From an uncultured delta proteobacterium (GTDB taxonomy: Bacteria > Myxococcota_A > Polyangia > Polyangiales > Houyiibacteriaceae), in assembly GCA_963699755.1 (NCBI GenBank), contig CAVOVB010000001.1, forward strand, positions 1,088,001 through 1,152,000: DNA of 64,000 bases, in the 5' to 3' direction. The notes beneath the pieces were generated by a model. That model was given only the letters and a program-made list of their open reading frames with translations, made no database searches and was not told where the DNA came from. Positions 10,586 through 20,600 of the stretch are shown piece by piece (the first letter of the stretch is position 1; every line of letters begins with the position of its first letter). Made by a program: the position numbers and the translations under genes.

Positions 10586-11965
10586 GCCTAGCTCTTTCAT
10601 CTTGTTCTGGAGGCTCTTGCGCGAGATCTTGAGGAGTCGGGCCGTGTGGGTGACGTTGCCCCCTGTTTGATCGAGCGCCCGCCCGATGAACTCGCGTTCG
10701 AGCTTGAGCGTAGCTTCCCGAACCGCCTCCTTGAGCCCCGTCTCGCCGGGTATCGGACTGCTGACCCCGACGAGGCCCGGTTCGAGCTCGCCCTTCGTCT
10801 CTCGGATCTCCGCGGGAAGATGCTCTGTGCCGACCTCACCATCTTCGGCGAAGATCATGCATCGCTCGACCACGTTCTCGAGCTCCCGGATGTTTCCTGG
10901 CCAAGCATAGTGGAGCAAGCGCTCGCGCGACTGCTCGTCGAAGCCCGTCACGGAGCGATCGAGCTTGGCGTTGAACTTTCGTACGAAATGCTCGAGCAGC
11001 AGCGGAATGTCGCTCGGTCGAGCGCGCAGGGGCGGCAGGTGCACGTGCACGACATTGAGGCGGTAGTAAAGATCCTCACGAAAACCGCCTTCAGCGATGC
11101 TCTCCTTGAGGTTCCGGTTCGTCGCTGCGACGAGCCGGATGTCGACCGTGATCGTCTTGATGCCGCCGACTCGTTCGAACTCTTGCTCCTGAAGCGCGCG
11201 CAGGAGCTTCACCTGCATGCTGACCGGGATCTCGGCGATTTCGTCGAGAAACAAGGTTCCCCCATGCGCCAGCTCGAAGCGCCCTGGCTTGCTCGTGACC
11301 GCCCCGGTGAACGCCCCTCTTTCGTATCCAAACAGCTCACTTTCGAGCAGGTCTGGCGGGATGGCAGCGCAGTTGACACTGACGAAGGGCCTGTTCTTGC
11401 GCGCGCTGTTCTCGTGGAGTGCCCGCGCGATGAGCTCTTTGCCCGTCCCGCTTTCGCCGGTGATGAGGACCGTGCTGGGCGTATCGGCGACCTTCTCAAT
11501 CGCGTCGTAGACGCCGACCATCGGCTCGGACTCCCCGATGATCCGATAGCGGCCCCGCTCGTTTGGGTCTCCGCTCACGTGTTTCTGGGAGAGCTCGCGC
11601 GTTCGGGCTGCCTTGGCGACCACCGCTCGGAACTCCGCCCGGTCGAAGGGCTTGGTCACATAGTCGAACGCACCGAGCTTGAGGGCCTCCACTGCGGTGT
11701 CGACTGTACCGTGTGCGGTGATCATGATCACCGGCACGTTCGGAAAACGTCCGCCGACCGCCTTGAGGACTTGCATTCCGTCGAGCTTGGGCATGCGAAG
11801 ATCGGTGATGAGGACATCGATGTGATGCTCCGCCATGGCCTTGAGAACGGCCTCTCCGTCGGCGACGCAGTGCACTTCGTACCCGTCATGCTGCAGCTGC
11901 GCTCGCAAAACGCGCCGCAAATTGTCCTCGTCATCGGCGACTAGGACCTGTTTGGTTTCGCCCAC
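10571..11965 (-). CDS. Sigma-54-dependent response regulator (REC-AAA+-HTH)
   Basis: ADDE, TDLRMP, GESGTGKE, GAFTGA, WPGNIRELEN, C-terminal HTH. Confidence 0.93.
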   Translation of the reverse strand: MGETKQVLVADDEDNLRRVLRAQLQHDGYEVHCVADGEAVLKAMAEHHIDVLITDLRMPKLDGMQVLKAVGGRFPNVPVIMITAHGTVDTAVEALKLGAFDYVTKPFDRAEFRAVVAKAARTRELSQKHVSGDPNERGRYRIIGESEPMVGVYDAIEKVADTPSTVLITGESGTGKELIARALHENSARKNRPFVSVNCAAIPPDLLESELFGYERGAFTGAVTSKPGRFELAHGGTLFLDEIAEIPVSMQVKLLRALQEQEFERVGGIKTITVDIRLVAATNRNLKESIAEGGFREDLYYRLNVVHVHLPPLRARPSDIPLLLEHFVRKFNAKLDRSVTGFDEQSRERLLHYAWPGNIRELENVVERCMIFAEDGEVGTEHLPAEIRETKGELEPGLVGVSSPIPGETGLKEAVREATLKLEREFIGRALDQTGGNVTHTARLLKISRKSLQNKMKELGLRND

Positions 11966-12016
11966 GTTGGGCAGTGTAGTGCAGCACGCTCCGCTGTACA
12001 GACGCCTCGGCGGAGC

Positions 12017-12694
12017 TCAGCTCGCGACGCTCAGCCGTTGCTTGGCGGCCCTGATGACCGTTGCGCGCTTCTTCCGCGCCCGTTCGTAATCCAAAACCGC
12101 AGTCGCTTGTGGTCCCGAGAGCCTCTGAACCCGGTTCACGACGTCCTTGGCGGTTAGCTGATCGTAGTTGTGCAGTGGAGCGTCTGCCTTCTTGGCCGCA
12201 GCCTTGCCTGGCCTTGGCTTCGCCGCCCTGGGCTTCTTTGCAGGCTTGGAGGCCGCTGGTTTGGCAGCCTTCACCGATTGTTCGAGCCTCTCATCAACCC
12301 GGCTTTGTGCTTTTTCGAGCAGACCCCTCGCCGTTTGGAGCACGGTGGTCTCCACCGCCTCGGGCTTGAGTGCCTCGCGGGTGCTCAAAGCCTGCCGCTC
12401 GGCGCGATTGAAACGCTCCTTGAGCGCGGTGACGTACGCGTCGCGGGTCTGCAGAACGAGGCGCTGCCAATCGAGCACTTCCTTGTGCAAGGCCTTGCCA
12501 AAGGCGTCCGCGGACTGGCTCGTGCTGACCGCCAACCTGCTACCCGCGGCGCCGATATCCTGGACGAAGGTCCGACTGGCCTCCCGGGATTCGACGAGAA
12601 AGATCTCGCCTGCGTCCCAGGTTTGCTGAAACAAGAGCGTCCCCTGCCGTTGAAGCCGGGTGCTGCTCCGACGAAGTTGGTTGTTGCGAATCAT
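12017..12694 (-). CDS. Hypothetical protein: helical N-terminus, Lys/Ala/Pro-rich linker, small C-terminal domain (phasin/HBHA-like architecture)
   Basis: Strong RBS GGAGA; AAKPAASKPAKKPRAAKP linker; YDQLTAKDV...ERARKKRATV C-terminus. Confidence 0.7.
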   Translation of the reverse strand: MIRNNQLRRSSTRLQRQGTLLFQQTWDAGEIFLVESREASRTFVQDIGAAGSRLAVSTSQSADAFGKALHKEVLDWQRLVLQTRDAYVTALKERFNRAERQALSTREALKPEAVETTVLQTARGLLEKAQSRVDERLEQSVKAAKPAASKPAKKPRAAKPRPGKAAAKKADAPLHNYDQLTAKDVVNRVQRLSGPQATAVLDYERARKKRATVIRAAKQRLSVAS

Positions 12695-12708
12695 ATCTCC
12701 ATCCTCTC

Positions 12709-12733
12709 CTGGATGACGCAGCGCGTTATCCAG
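12709..12733. promoter_or_regulatory. Operator-like inverted repeat upstream of the 12017-12694 gene
   Basis: CTGGATGACGC-AGC-GCGTTATCCAG, 11-bp arms with one mismatch. Confidence 0.55.
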
Positions 12734-12818
12734 CCTGACGATAGCTACGAACCCGCCCGCGTCAAGATCATCCCGAAACCGTGAACCCTTTCCCCAGTTC
12801 GCATAGACTTTCGGGCTA

Positions 12819-14408
12819 GTGACCCTTGTGGCCTTGCGAACGCTAGTCGTAGACGACTCGAGCTCCGTCCGGAAGCTCCTCTGTGAGCTCTTGCGCGAGC
12901 GAGGTCACCAAGTGACGATGCTGGAAACCGCCGAGGCGGCCCTCGAGGCCCACCTGCGCGAGCCCTTTCAGCTGATGCTCGTCGATTGGACCTTGGCGGG
13001 GATGTCCGGCCTCGACCTCTGCCGAGCTGTCCGCAGCCGCCCCGGCGGCGAGAACGTGGTCATTGTGGTCATCACCGGCCGCAATCGTGCTGATGACCTG
13101 CACGCGGTGCTCGACGCTGGCGCATCAGACTACGTTTCGAAGCCCATCGATCCGGAGATCCTGGATACCCGGCTGCTGATCGCCGAGCGGTCGATCCGGG
13201 ACGGCAATCGCCACGCTGCCGAGCGGCAAGAGATGGAGTCCCGCCTCGCGTTTGCAGATCGAATGGCCTCGATCGGCACCCTCACGGCCGGTGTTGCCCA
13301 CGAGCTGAACAACCCGTTGATGTACGTGCTCTCGAATCTGCGACTCATGCGGGAGGAGATCGACACCCAGCCCGACGCAGAGTCGCTGGAGCTCGCTCGG
13401 CAGCAGCTAGACGAGGCGATTCATGGTGCCGTTCGCATGCAGAACATCGTCCGCGACCTCAAGACCTTCTCCCGCGTCGACGACGAGCAACGAGGCAATG
13501 TCGACGTACAGAGCGTCCTCGAATCGTCCATCAACATCTGCTGGAATGAAATCCGCCACCGCGCGACGCTCGACCGAGACTTCGGCGAGACGCCAGCGGT
13601 GGATGTCAACGAATCTCGGCTAGGCCAGGTATTTCTGAACCTATTGATCAACGCCGCCCAAGCGATGCCCGAGCGCCCGGTGGCGGAGAACGGCATCACG
13701 GTGCGCAGCTACACCGACGAAGAGGGCTGGGCAGTGGTCGAGGTCAGCGACAACGGCACCGGCATCGAGCCCGAGCGCATGAGCCATGTCTTCGAGCCCT
13801 TCTTCACGACCAAGGGCATTTCCGAAGGCACCGGCCTCGGGTTATCGATCTGCAGAAGCATCATCCGAGACGCCGGAGGGACGATCGAGGCGCAGAGCGA
13901 GCCCGGTCGCGGAAGCACGTTCGTGGTGCGGCTACCCGCTTCGATCCGGGCGCACGCGTCCGAACAAGCGCATCCGCCGTCAACAGCCACCGCTGGCTCG
14001 AGCGCATCGGTCGTCGTGATCGACGATGAGCCCTTGGTCGGTCGATCGATCCGGCGCGCGCTCCGCGGACACGAGGTGGACGTTTTCTCGAGCGGTAAAG
14101 AAGCGATCGCGCGCCTCTGCTCAGAGGAACCCTTCGACGTCGTCTTCTGTGACCTGATGATGCCGGAGGTCAGCGGAATGGAAGTGTTCCGACAAGTGTC
14201 AACGCGACGCCCCGAGGTCGCGTCGCGCTTCGTCTTCATGACGGGCGGGGCCTTCACCGCAGAAGCCAGAGCGTTTCTAGAGGAAACTCGGCTGCCCTGT
14301 CTCGAAAAGCCCTTCGAGCTCGGTCGGATCCGAGACTTGGTGAGCGAGCGAGCCGAGGGCGCTTCCCCCGACCTGGTGGCGATGGGTGGATTCGAACCAC
14401 CGACCTAG
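12819..14408 (+). CDS. Hybrid histidine kinase (REC-HisKA-HATPase-REC)
   Basis: VVDD receiver, HELNNPL, NLLINA, DNGTG, FFTTK, GTGLGL, C-terminal DDE/CDLMMP. Confidence 0.92.
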   Translation: MTLVALRTLVVDDSSSVRKLLCELLRERGHQVTMLETAEAALEAHLREPFQLMLVDWTLAGMSGLDLCRAVRSRPGGENVVIVVITGRNRADDLHAVLDAGASDYVSKPIDPEILDTRLLIAERSIRDGNRHAAERQEMESRLAFADRMASIGTLTAGVAHELNNPLMYVLSNLRLMREEIDTQPDAESLELARQQLDEAIHGAVRMQNIVRDLKTFSRVDDEQRGNVDVQSVLESSINICWNEIRHRATLDRDFGETPAVDVNESRLGQVFLNLLINAAQAMPERPVAENGITVRSYTDEEGWAVVEVSDNGTGIEPERMSHVFEPFFTTKGISEGTGLGLSICRSIIRDAGGTIEAQSEPGRGSTFVVRLPASIRAHASEQAHPPSTATAGSSASVVVIDDEPLVGRSIRRALRGHEVDVFSSGKEAIARLCSEEPFDVVFCDLMMPEVSGMEVFRQVSTRRPEVASRFVFMTGGAFTAEARAFLEETRLPCLEKPFELGRIRDLVSERAEGASPDLVAMGGFEPPT

Positions 14409-14450
14409 CGCGTATGAAACGCCCGCTCTAACCACCTGAGCTACATCGCC
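14374..14450 (-). tRNA. tRNA-Met (CAT), probably elongator; CCA encoded
   Basis: GGCGATGTAGCTCAGGTGGTTAGAGCG GGCGT TTCATAC GCGCT AGGTC GGTGG TTCGAAT CCACC CATCGCC ACCA; G1-C72 paired, so not initiator (Ile2 not excluded). Confidence 0.93.
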
Positions 14451-14544
14451 AGCGGGGCGCGAGTATAGGCATGGGCGCAAAGCGCGCAATGTGGGCTAGC
14501 GTCCGAGCCTGAATCCGAGCTTGGCACGGCCTTGGGATTGGTTT

Positions 14545-15717
14545 ATGGCCGGGGTCGTGTCTAGAAACGTTCGTTTCTTCCAGCTCGTCCCCCTCGCCTT
14601 GCTTGCCCCTGCCATCCCGGCGTTCGCGCAGTCGGGCGGCTGGGGTGAGCCTATCGCAGCCCCTAGCAAAGCCGAACCGGCCCTGCAGCCGGCGGACCCG
14701 GAGCCCGCTCCGAGGGCACGACCGGAGCCAGGTCCAGCCGAGCCTTCCCGAGCGGAGCCCAATCCGGATTGGGCCGACGCGGCCCCGACTGCTGAGGAGC
14801 AGCGTTCGACGGAAAATCCCGACTGGGTCGAAGAGACCGAGCCGCCGGTCATCGAGAACACGAAACGCCGGGCGTCGGAGGCATACGACATTCGCTATGC
14901 GAACCGCAGTCTGACGATGCCTCGAGGCATGATGCGCGGCACCTTCGACACCGTGGTCGGCCGACGCACCGAAGGTGCGCAAATAGACCCTCCGTTTGGG
15001 ACGACCGGCACCATCTCCACGATGAGCTTCGGTGTCTCGATCACCCTTGCCGAAGATTTCGAGATTGGATTCTCGCGTTACCGAATGGGCTCATACCCGG
15101 ATATCGGCATCTTTCAGGGCTTCGGTTTTGGCGGCGAAGGGCTGATCAGCTTCAGCATGTCACCAGACGCGAAGTTCGGAGACATTCCGTTCTACGCTCG
15201 CTTCGAAGCAATCGATCGCGAACACGCGAAGCTGGGCTTCGACGCGGTGTTTCGGATTCCATCACGGACGGAGTTTGGATTCCTCGGCGGTATTCCTCTC
15301 CGCTTCATTGCTCAGGAGCAGCTCGCGTTCGACACCGGTGTCCAGTTCGCCGTGGACAGCAATCCCGCAGGGCCATCGGTCTGGACCCTGAACATCCCTT
15401 TCACGTTCGTCGCCAACGCCACCGATCAGCTGTTCGTGAAGCTCAGCAGTGGTATGACCTTCTTCGATCTGGGTCACACGATTCGCACCGCTACCTCGGG
15501 CCTGGTTCAAGGCCCGTTTTACTTCTTCCCGCTCGGCGCAAGCGTCGGCGGTACGGTCGAAGCCGGCACCACGATGATGGATATCTTTGCGAGCTTCCGC
15601 TTTCCAGCACTTTATGGTTTCACCACGCGAGCTTCCGAGCTGAACGCGGAGAGCTGGCAAGTCACCGTTGGAGTCAACCTCTACTCGCCCGTTCTATTCA
15701 AGGGCAGCGCGCTCTGA
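14545..15717 (+). CDS. Secreted, probably outer-membrane beta-rich hypothetical protein with Pro/Glu-rich N-terminal linker
   Basis: Signal peptide ending AFA-Q; alternating hydrophobic beta strands; ends [10 protein letters not shown]...; TGATG coupling to next gene. Confidence 0.65.
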   Translation: MAGVVSRNVRFFQLVPLALLAPAIPAFAQSGGWGEPIAAPSKAEPALQPADPEPAPRARPEPGPAEPSRAEPNPDWADAAPTAEEQRSTENPDWVEETEPPVIENTKRRASEAYDIRYANRSLTMPRGMMRGTFDTVVGRRTEGAQIDPPFGTTGTISTMSFGVSITLAEDFEIGFSRYRMGSYPDIGIFQGFGFGGEGLISFSMSPDAKFGDIPFYARFEAIDREHAKLGFDAVFRIPSRTEFGFLGGIPLRFIAQEQLAFDTGVQFAVDSNPAGPSVWTLNIPFTFVANATDQLFVKLSSGMTFFDLGHTIRTATSGLVQGPFYFFPLGASVGGTVEAGTTMMDIFASFRFPALYGFTTRASELNAESWQVTVGVNLYSPVLFKGSAL

Positions 15718-16247
15718 TGATCTACGAGCTCGGCGAGCGTCGCGTACGAATCGAAGGCGAAGTCTACGTCGCCCCGTCGGCCGACGTGATCGGCTCGGTC
15801 GTCCTCAAAGACAAGTGCAGCGTCTGGTTCAATGCCGTTGTGCGTGGCGACTCGGACGAGCTCGTGGTTGGCGAGCAAACCAACATCCAGGACGCTGCGG
15901 TCCTTCATACCGATCCCGGCATCCGCCTCGTCCTGGGACGCGGCGTGACCGTCGGCCATCACGCCATGGTGCACGGCTGCGAGGTGGGCGACTTCAGCCT
16001 CATCGGCATCCACGCCGTGGTTCTCAACCATGCCAAAATCGGCAAGTACTGCACGATTGGCGCCAACGCGTTGATCACTCAGGGGCAGGAAATCCCGGAC
16101 TACTCGGTCGTGCTGGGCTCCCCCGGCAAGGTCGTTCGCCAGCTCGCCCCCGACAAGGCCTCGAGCCTCGAGAAGAGCGCCGCGGGCTATGTGAGCCGCG
16201 CGCGCGAGTACCTGGAGGCTCTCCGAGCTGACGAGCGTTTCGCCTGA
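15717..16247 (+). CDS. Gamma carbonic anhydrase family protein (YrdA/PaaY-like)
   Basis: Hexapeptide repeats; VVRGD, TNIQD, LH...GH...HGC metal ligands. Confidence 0.92.
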   Translation: MIYELGERRVRIEGEVYVAPSADVIGSVVLKDKCSVWFNAVVRGDSDELVVGEQTNIQDAAVLHTDPGIRLVLGRGVTVGHHAMVHGCEVGDFSLIGIHAVVLNHAKIGKYCTIGANALITQGQEIPDYSVVLGSPGKVVRQLAPDKASSLEKSAAGYVSRAREYLEALRADERFA

Positions 16248-17108
16248 CTAGATTCGGTCGGGCAGCATTCGTTCGCCGAGCTCTTCGCAAAGCGCTTCGA
16301 GCGCGGAACGGTCGGGGCCTTTCCAACGGAGCTCGTCCAACGATTCCACGATCGGGACGTCGGTACGCAAGGTCGCAAGCGTTCGATAGAGCATCGCATC
16401 GTCGCGATGTTCGCGAAGGTTCTGCGCAAGGCTCGCCCCGCCGCGGACCTTCACGCCCCAGTCGAGATGATCGTCGGAGATGTTCTCCAGGTGAACGAGC
16501 TCTGCGAGCACCGCAGACGCGCTCTTCGCCCCCCAGCGCGCGATGCCGGGGATTCCATCGGCCATGTCACCGACCAGCGCCAAGTAGTCCGGGATCGATT
16601 CCGGCGACACCCCGAACTTCTCGCGAACCCCGTCTTCGTCCAAGGTGATCCCGCGGCGCCGGTCGAACGTCACCACTTCGCTAGCGCGCACGCACTGACA
16701 AAGATCTTTGTCTGGAGAGCAAATGACCACCTGCTCGACCTCGGGCGAGTCGGCAAACTTGGCGGCGGCCGCTGCCAGCGCGTCGTCCGCCTCGAATTGC
16801 ACCATAGGCCAGGTCACCATGCCCAGGGCTCGGCTCGCGCGCTCGACGAGTGGGAACTGAGCAAAGAGCGCAGGCTCGAGGCCTTCGCCGGTCTTGTAGC
16901 CTTCGAAGAGGGCGTTACGGAACGACTCGACTGTCTGGTCGAACGCGCAGCCAAGGTGCGTGACCGCTGGGTCCCGGAGCATCACCGCCATCGAGCGCAT
17001 GAAGCCTCGGGTCGCGCCGACCTCCTGCCCGGTCCGCGACTTTGCCTCCGGCGCACCGAACCAGGAGCGAAAGAGCTCGTAGGTTCCGTCGATCAGGTGG
17101 ACCTTCAT
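16248..17108 (-). CDS. Stand-alone 5'-3' exonuclease/flap endonuclease (PolI N-terminal-like, Xni family)
   Basis: HLIDG, FRN..F.GYK, EADD, SPDKD, LVGD.ADGIPGI H3TH motif. Confidence 0.9.
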   Translation of the reverse strand: MKVHLIDGTYELFRSWFGAPEAKSRTGQEVGATRGFMRSMAVMLRDPAVTHLGCAFDQTVESFRNALFEGYKTGEGLEPALFAQFPLVERASRALGMVTWPMVQFEADDALAAAAAKFADSPEVEQVVICSPDKDLCQCVRASEVVTFDRRRGITLDEDGVREKFGVSPESIPDYLALVGDMADGIPGIARWGAKSASAVLAELVHLENISDDHLDWGVKVRGGASLAQNLREHRDDAMLYRTLATLRTDVPIVESLDELRWKGPDRSALEALCEELGERMLPDRI

Positions 17109-17272
17109 CCTCCGCTCTTATTGCAGTTCCACGCCGAGACAGCACGCAGTTGGCAGAAGGACTCGCATTACGAGGACTTGTGGGACGATCTTCTACATAT
17201 GGCCGAAGGCGGACTGCCCTGCCGCGGGGTAGGGTTTGCGAAGCGGACTGTAAGATAGTCACGTACATCAAA

Positions 17273-17348
17273 CCCCCAAGTATTGCGGGTTTTTTTTTGC
17301 ATGCCCCAACATCTAGTAGCATGCGAATAATGACCATACATAAAGTGT
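17273..17348. promoter_or_regulatory. Tandem NrdR-like boxes (distal cluster)
   Basis: CCCCCAAGTATTGCGG (17273), CCCCAACATCTAGTAG (17304), ACCATACATAAAGTGT (17333) vs consensus acaCwAtATaTwGtgt; spacings 31 and 29 bp. Confidence 0.7.
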
Positions 17349-17480
17349 CATCTACTGCGATTTGAGCCTCGGAGTTCCATGACTCGATGCGAAACATTGG
17401 AATTAACCCCTATTCGAAGGGTACAAAGGCTCGATATTGCTGCAGAAAAGAAGAAAGCACATGAGGCTGATCGTTTCTGC

Positions 17481-17510
17481 TTGACTGGCCCCGCCCCTCG
17501 GAGCTACTTC
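17481..17510 (+). promoter_or_regulatory. Candidate sigma-70 promoter of nrdJ
   Basis: TTGACT-N18-TACTTC immediately upstream of the proximal NrdR-like pair. Confidence 0.45.
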
Positions 17511-17519
17511 GCAGGCTCG

Positions 17520-17568
17520 CCCCAAGCGGTTGTGGTGGCTGGGAGGCTGCCATCGCAACCTATTGTGG
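17520..17568. promoter_or_regulatory. Tandem NrdR-like boxes (proximal pair)
   Basis: CCCCAAGCGGTTGTGG (17520) and TCGCAACCTATTGTGG (17553), 33 bp apart. Confidence 0.6.
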
Positions 17569-17654
17569 GGCGATTGTGGATAGTGGGTGGGTCACCTGGG
17601 GACGAAGGGTGAATTCTACCTGGATGGTGAGTTGCGTCTGGTTGGAGGTATGCT

Positions 17655-20600
17655 GTGGCGTTGGATACGAGGGGAATGAGTAGCAATCTAGAGATCGAAG
17701 GTGCCCGGCGAGCGGAAGTTTCGCAGAATGCCGGCGGTCTTTCGATGGAACGCAAGCTGACCGAGGCGGGTACAGACCCGCTGGAGGCGGTGGAATACGT
17801 CCTTCGCGACAGCCAGATCACCAGCTCGGACGGCTCGGTCGTCTTCGAGCTGAAGGGAGCACAGGTCCCTGAAGGCTGGAGCCAGCTCGCGACCGACATC
17901 GCGGTGTCCAAGTACTTCCGCAAAGCCGGCATCAACGGAGACAAGAACCTCGGCGAGCGCAGTGTTCGTCAACTCGTCTATCGCGTGGCGCACTCACTCC
18001 GCGAGGCGGGTGACAAGTTCGGTGGTTACTTCGCCGACCAAGAGGCAGCGGACACCTTTGAGGCTGAGCTCTCTCACCTGCTCATCCATCAGAAGGCGGC
18101 ATTCAACTCCCCGGTCTGGTTCAATTGCGGCCTTTATCAGCGCTACGGCATCGAAGGCTCGGGGGGAAACTACGCCTGGGATCCGGAGAAGGACGTCATC
18201 TTCGAGACCAGCACGGCGTACGAGAACCCACAGTGCTCCGCCTGCTTCATTCAGGCCGTCAATGATGACCTCATGGCGATCTACGAGCTGATCAAGAACG
18301 AAGCGCGCCTCTTCAAGTATGGCTCGGGCACCGGCACCAACTTCTCGAAGATTCGCGGCAAGCAGGAGAAGCTCTCGGGCGGCGGCACCTCGAGCGGCCT
18401 CATGAGCTTCCTCGAAGTACTCGACCGCGCGGCAGGCGCTACGAAGTCCGGCGGCACGACACGACGCGCCGCGAAGATGGTCTGCCTCGACATGGATCAC
18501 CCGGAGGTCGTCGACTTCATCGAGTGGAAGGTTCGTGAAGAGAAGAAGGCGAGGGCGCTGATCGAAGCCGGTTATGAGTCCGACTTCAACGGCGAGGCCT
18601 ACCATACGGTCTCCGGCCAGAACTCGAACAACTCCCTTCGCGTGACCGACGAGTTCATGAATGCAGTCGAGACCGACGGTGAGTGGAAGACGACGCTGCG
18701 CACCAGCGGCGAGGTCTGCGACACGTACCGCGCGCGCGACATATGGCGAAAAGTGGCTCAGGCGGCATGGGCCTGCGCCGACCCTGGCGTCCAGTACGAC
18801 ACCACGATCAACGACTGGCACACCTGCCCGAACACCGACCGGATCAATGCTTCGAACCCGTGCTCCGAATACATGTTTCTCGACAACTCGGCATGTAACC
18901 TGGCGTCGATCAACCTTTCGAAGTTCCTCGACGAAGAGGGACGCTTCGACATCGAAGGCTATCGTCAGGCGATCCGCATTCTGATCACCGCGATGGACAT
19001 CGTGGTCGACTACGCAAGCTACCCCACTCAGGAAATCGCCAAGAACAGCCACAATTTCAGGCCTCTCGGCCTCGGCTATGCCAATCTTGGCACGCTGCTG
19101 ATGCAGCTCGGTATTCCCTACGACAGCGACGAGGGCCGGACGATCTGCGCCGCGCTCACTTCCATCCTCTGCGGGCATGCCTATGCGACTTCTTCGGAAA
19201 TTGCGGCGAGCAAGGGTCCCTTCGCGGGCTTCCAGCGCAACCGTCAGCCAATGCTTCGTGTCATGGGCAAGCACCGTGAAGCGGCCTACCGCATCAACGA
19301 GGCCGGCGGCCCTGGAATGACCGACGACGAGCCGACCGCTTGCCCCCCCGGGCTGATCCAGGCGGCGCAGGAGGATTGGGACCTGGCTTGCAAGCTCGGC
19401 GAGCTCTACGGCTACCGCAACGCGCAGGCGACCGTGCTCGCACCGACCGGAACCATCGGCCTTTTGATGGACTGCGACACGACTGGGATCGAGCCGGACT
19501 TCGCCCTGGTAAAGTTCAAGAAGCTCGCGGGCGGTGGTTACTTCAAGATCGTCAACCAGAGCGTTCCGAACGCGCTCAAGCGGCTCGGCTACACCGACGC
19601 GCAGCTCGCAGACATCGTCGCCTATGTGATGGGCACCAACACTTTCACCGGCGCACCGCACTGCGGGCGCAAAGGCTTGCTCGAGAATGGGCTAACCGAG
19701 CGCGAGATCGAAAAGGCCGAGGCTGCCCTTCGCGGGGTGTTCGATGTCGGCGCGGCGCTGGCACCCTGGGTCATCGGCACCGAAGCCTACGAGCGACTCG
19801 GGATCGACGCCGCGACCTACAACAAGCCGGGCTTCCATCTGCTCCGCTTCTGGGGACACAGCGACAAAGAGATCGGTGAGATCAACGACGTCGTCATCGG
19901 CCGCATGACGGTTGAAGGCGCGCCGCACCTCAGGGCCGAGCACCTTCCGGTGTTCGATTGCGCAAACCGTTGCGGCAAGATCGGTGAGCGCTTCATCGAT
20001 CCCATGGCTCACGTCCACATGATGGCCGCAGCCCAGCCCTTTTTGTCAGGCGCGATTTCCAAGACGGTGAATCTGCCGAAGGAAGCGACCATCGAAGATG
20101 TAGAGGAGATCTACGAAGAGGGTTGGAAGCTCGGTCTCAAGGCGATCGCGCTCTATCGGGACGGCTCGAAGTCGTCCCAGCCGCTCAACACCAAGGACGA
20201 CTCGAAGGGCGAGGAGAAGGAAGAAGCCGCTCCGAAGGCGAAGGCTGCTGCACCCGTTGCCGAGGCTCCGGTCCAGGAGTGGCTCACGCCGCCGACCACC
20301 CGGCGCCATCGTCTCCCGAAGAAGCGTAGCGGCTTCACTCAGGAAGCGCGTGTGGGTGGACACAAAGTATTCCTTCGCACAGGCGAATACGTGGACGGCT
20401 CGCTCGGTGAGATCTTCATCGACATGCACAAGGAAGGCGCTGCCTTCCGCTCCCTGATGAACTGCTTCGCGATCAGTGTGTCGATGGGCCTCCAGCACGG
20501 TGTGCCGCTGGACGCGTACGTCCGGCAGTTCACCTTCACACGCTTCGAGCCGCAGGGCATCGTCGAGGGTCATCCGAACATCAAGTTCTCGACTTCGATC

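Noticed and set aside
14522..14538. Sigma-54-like TGGCACG-GCCT-TGGGA before the 14545 gene
   Set aside because: -24 element is perfect but -12 is GG rather than GC, and the predicted +1 falls after the first ATG; not supportable without data.
17350..17654. Cobalamin riboswitch expected upstream of nrdJ
   Set aside because: No B12-box or recognisable conserved core seen by eye; NrdR-like boxes explain the region. An Infernal scan would settle it.
17994..19661. 555-aa antisense ORF within nrdJ (likewise 5916-7193, 10646-11944, 54514-56052, 56214-57428)
   Set aside because: Antisense mirrors of well-supported genes caused by codon bias; no independent motifs.
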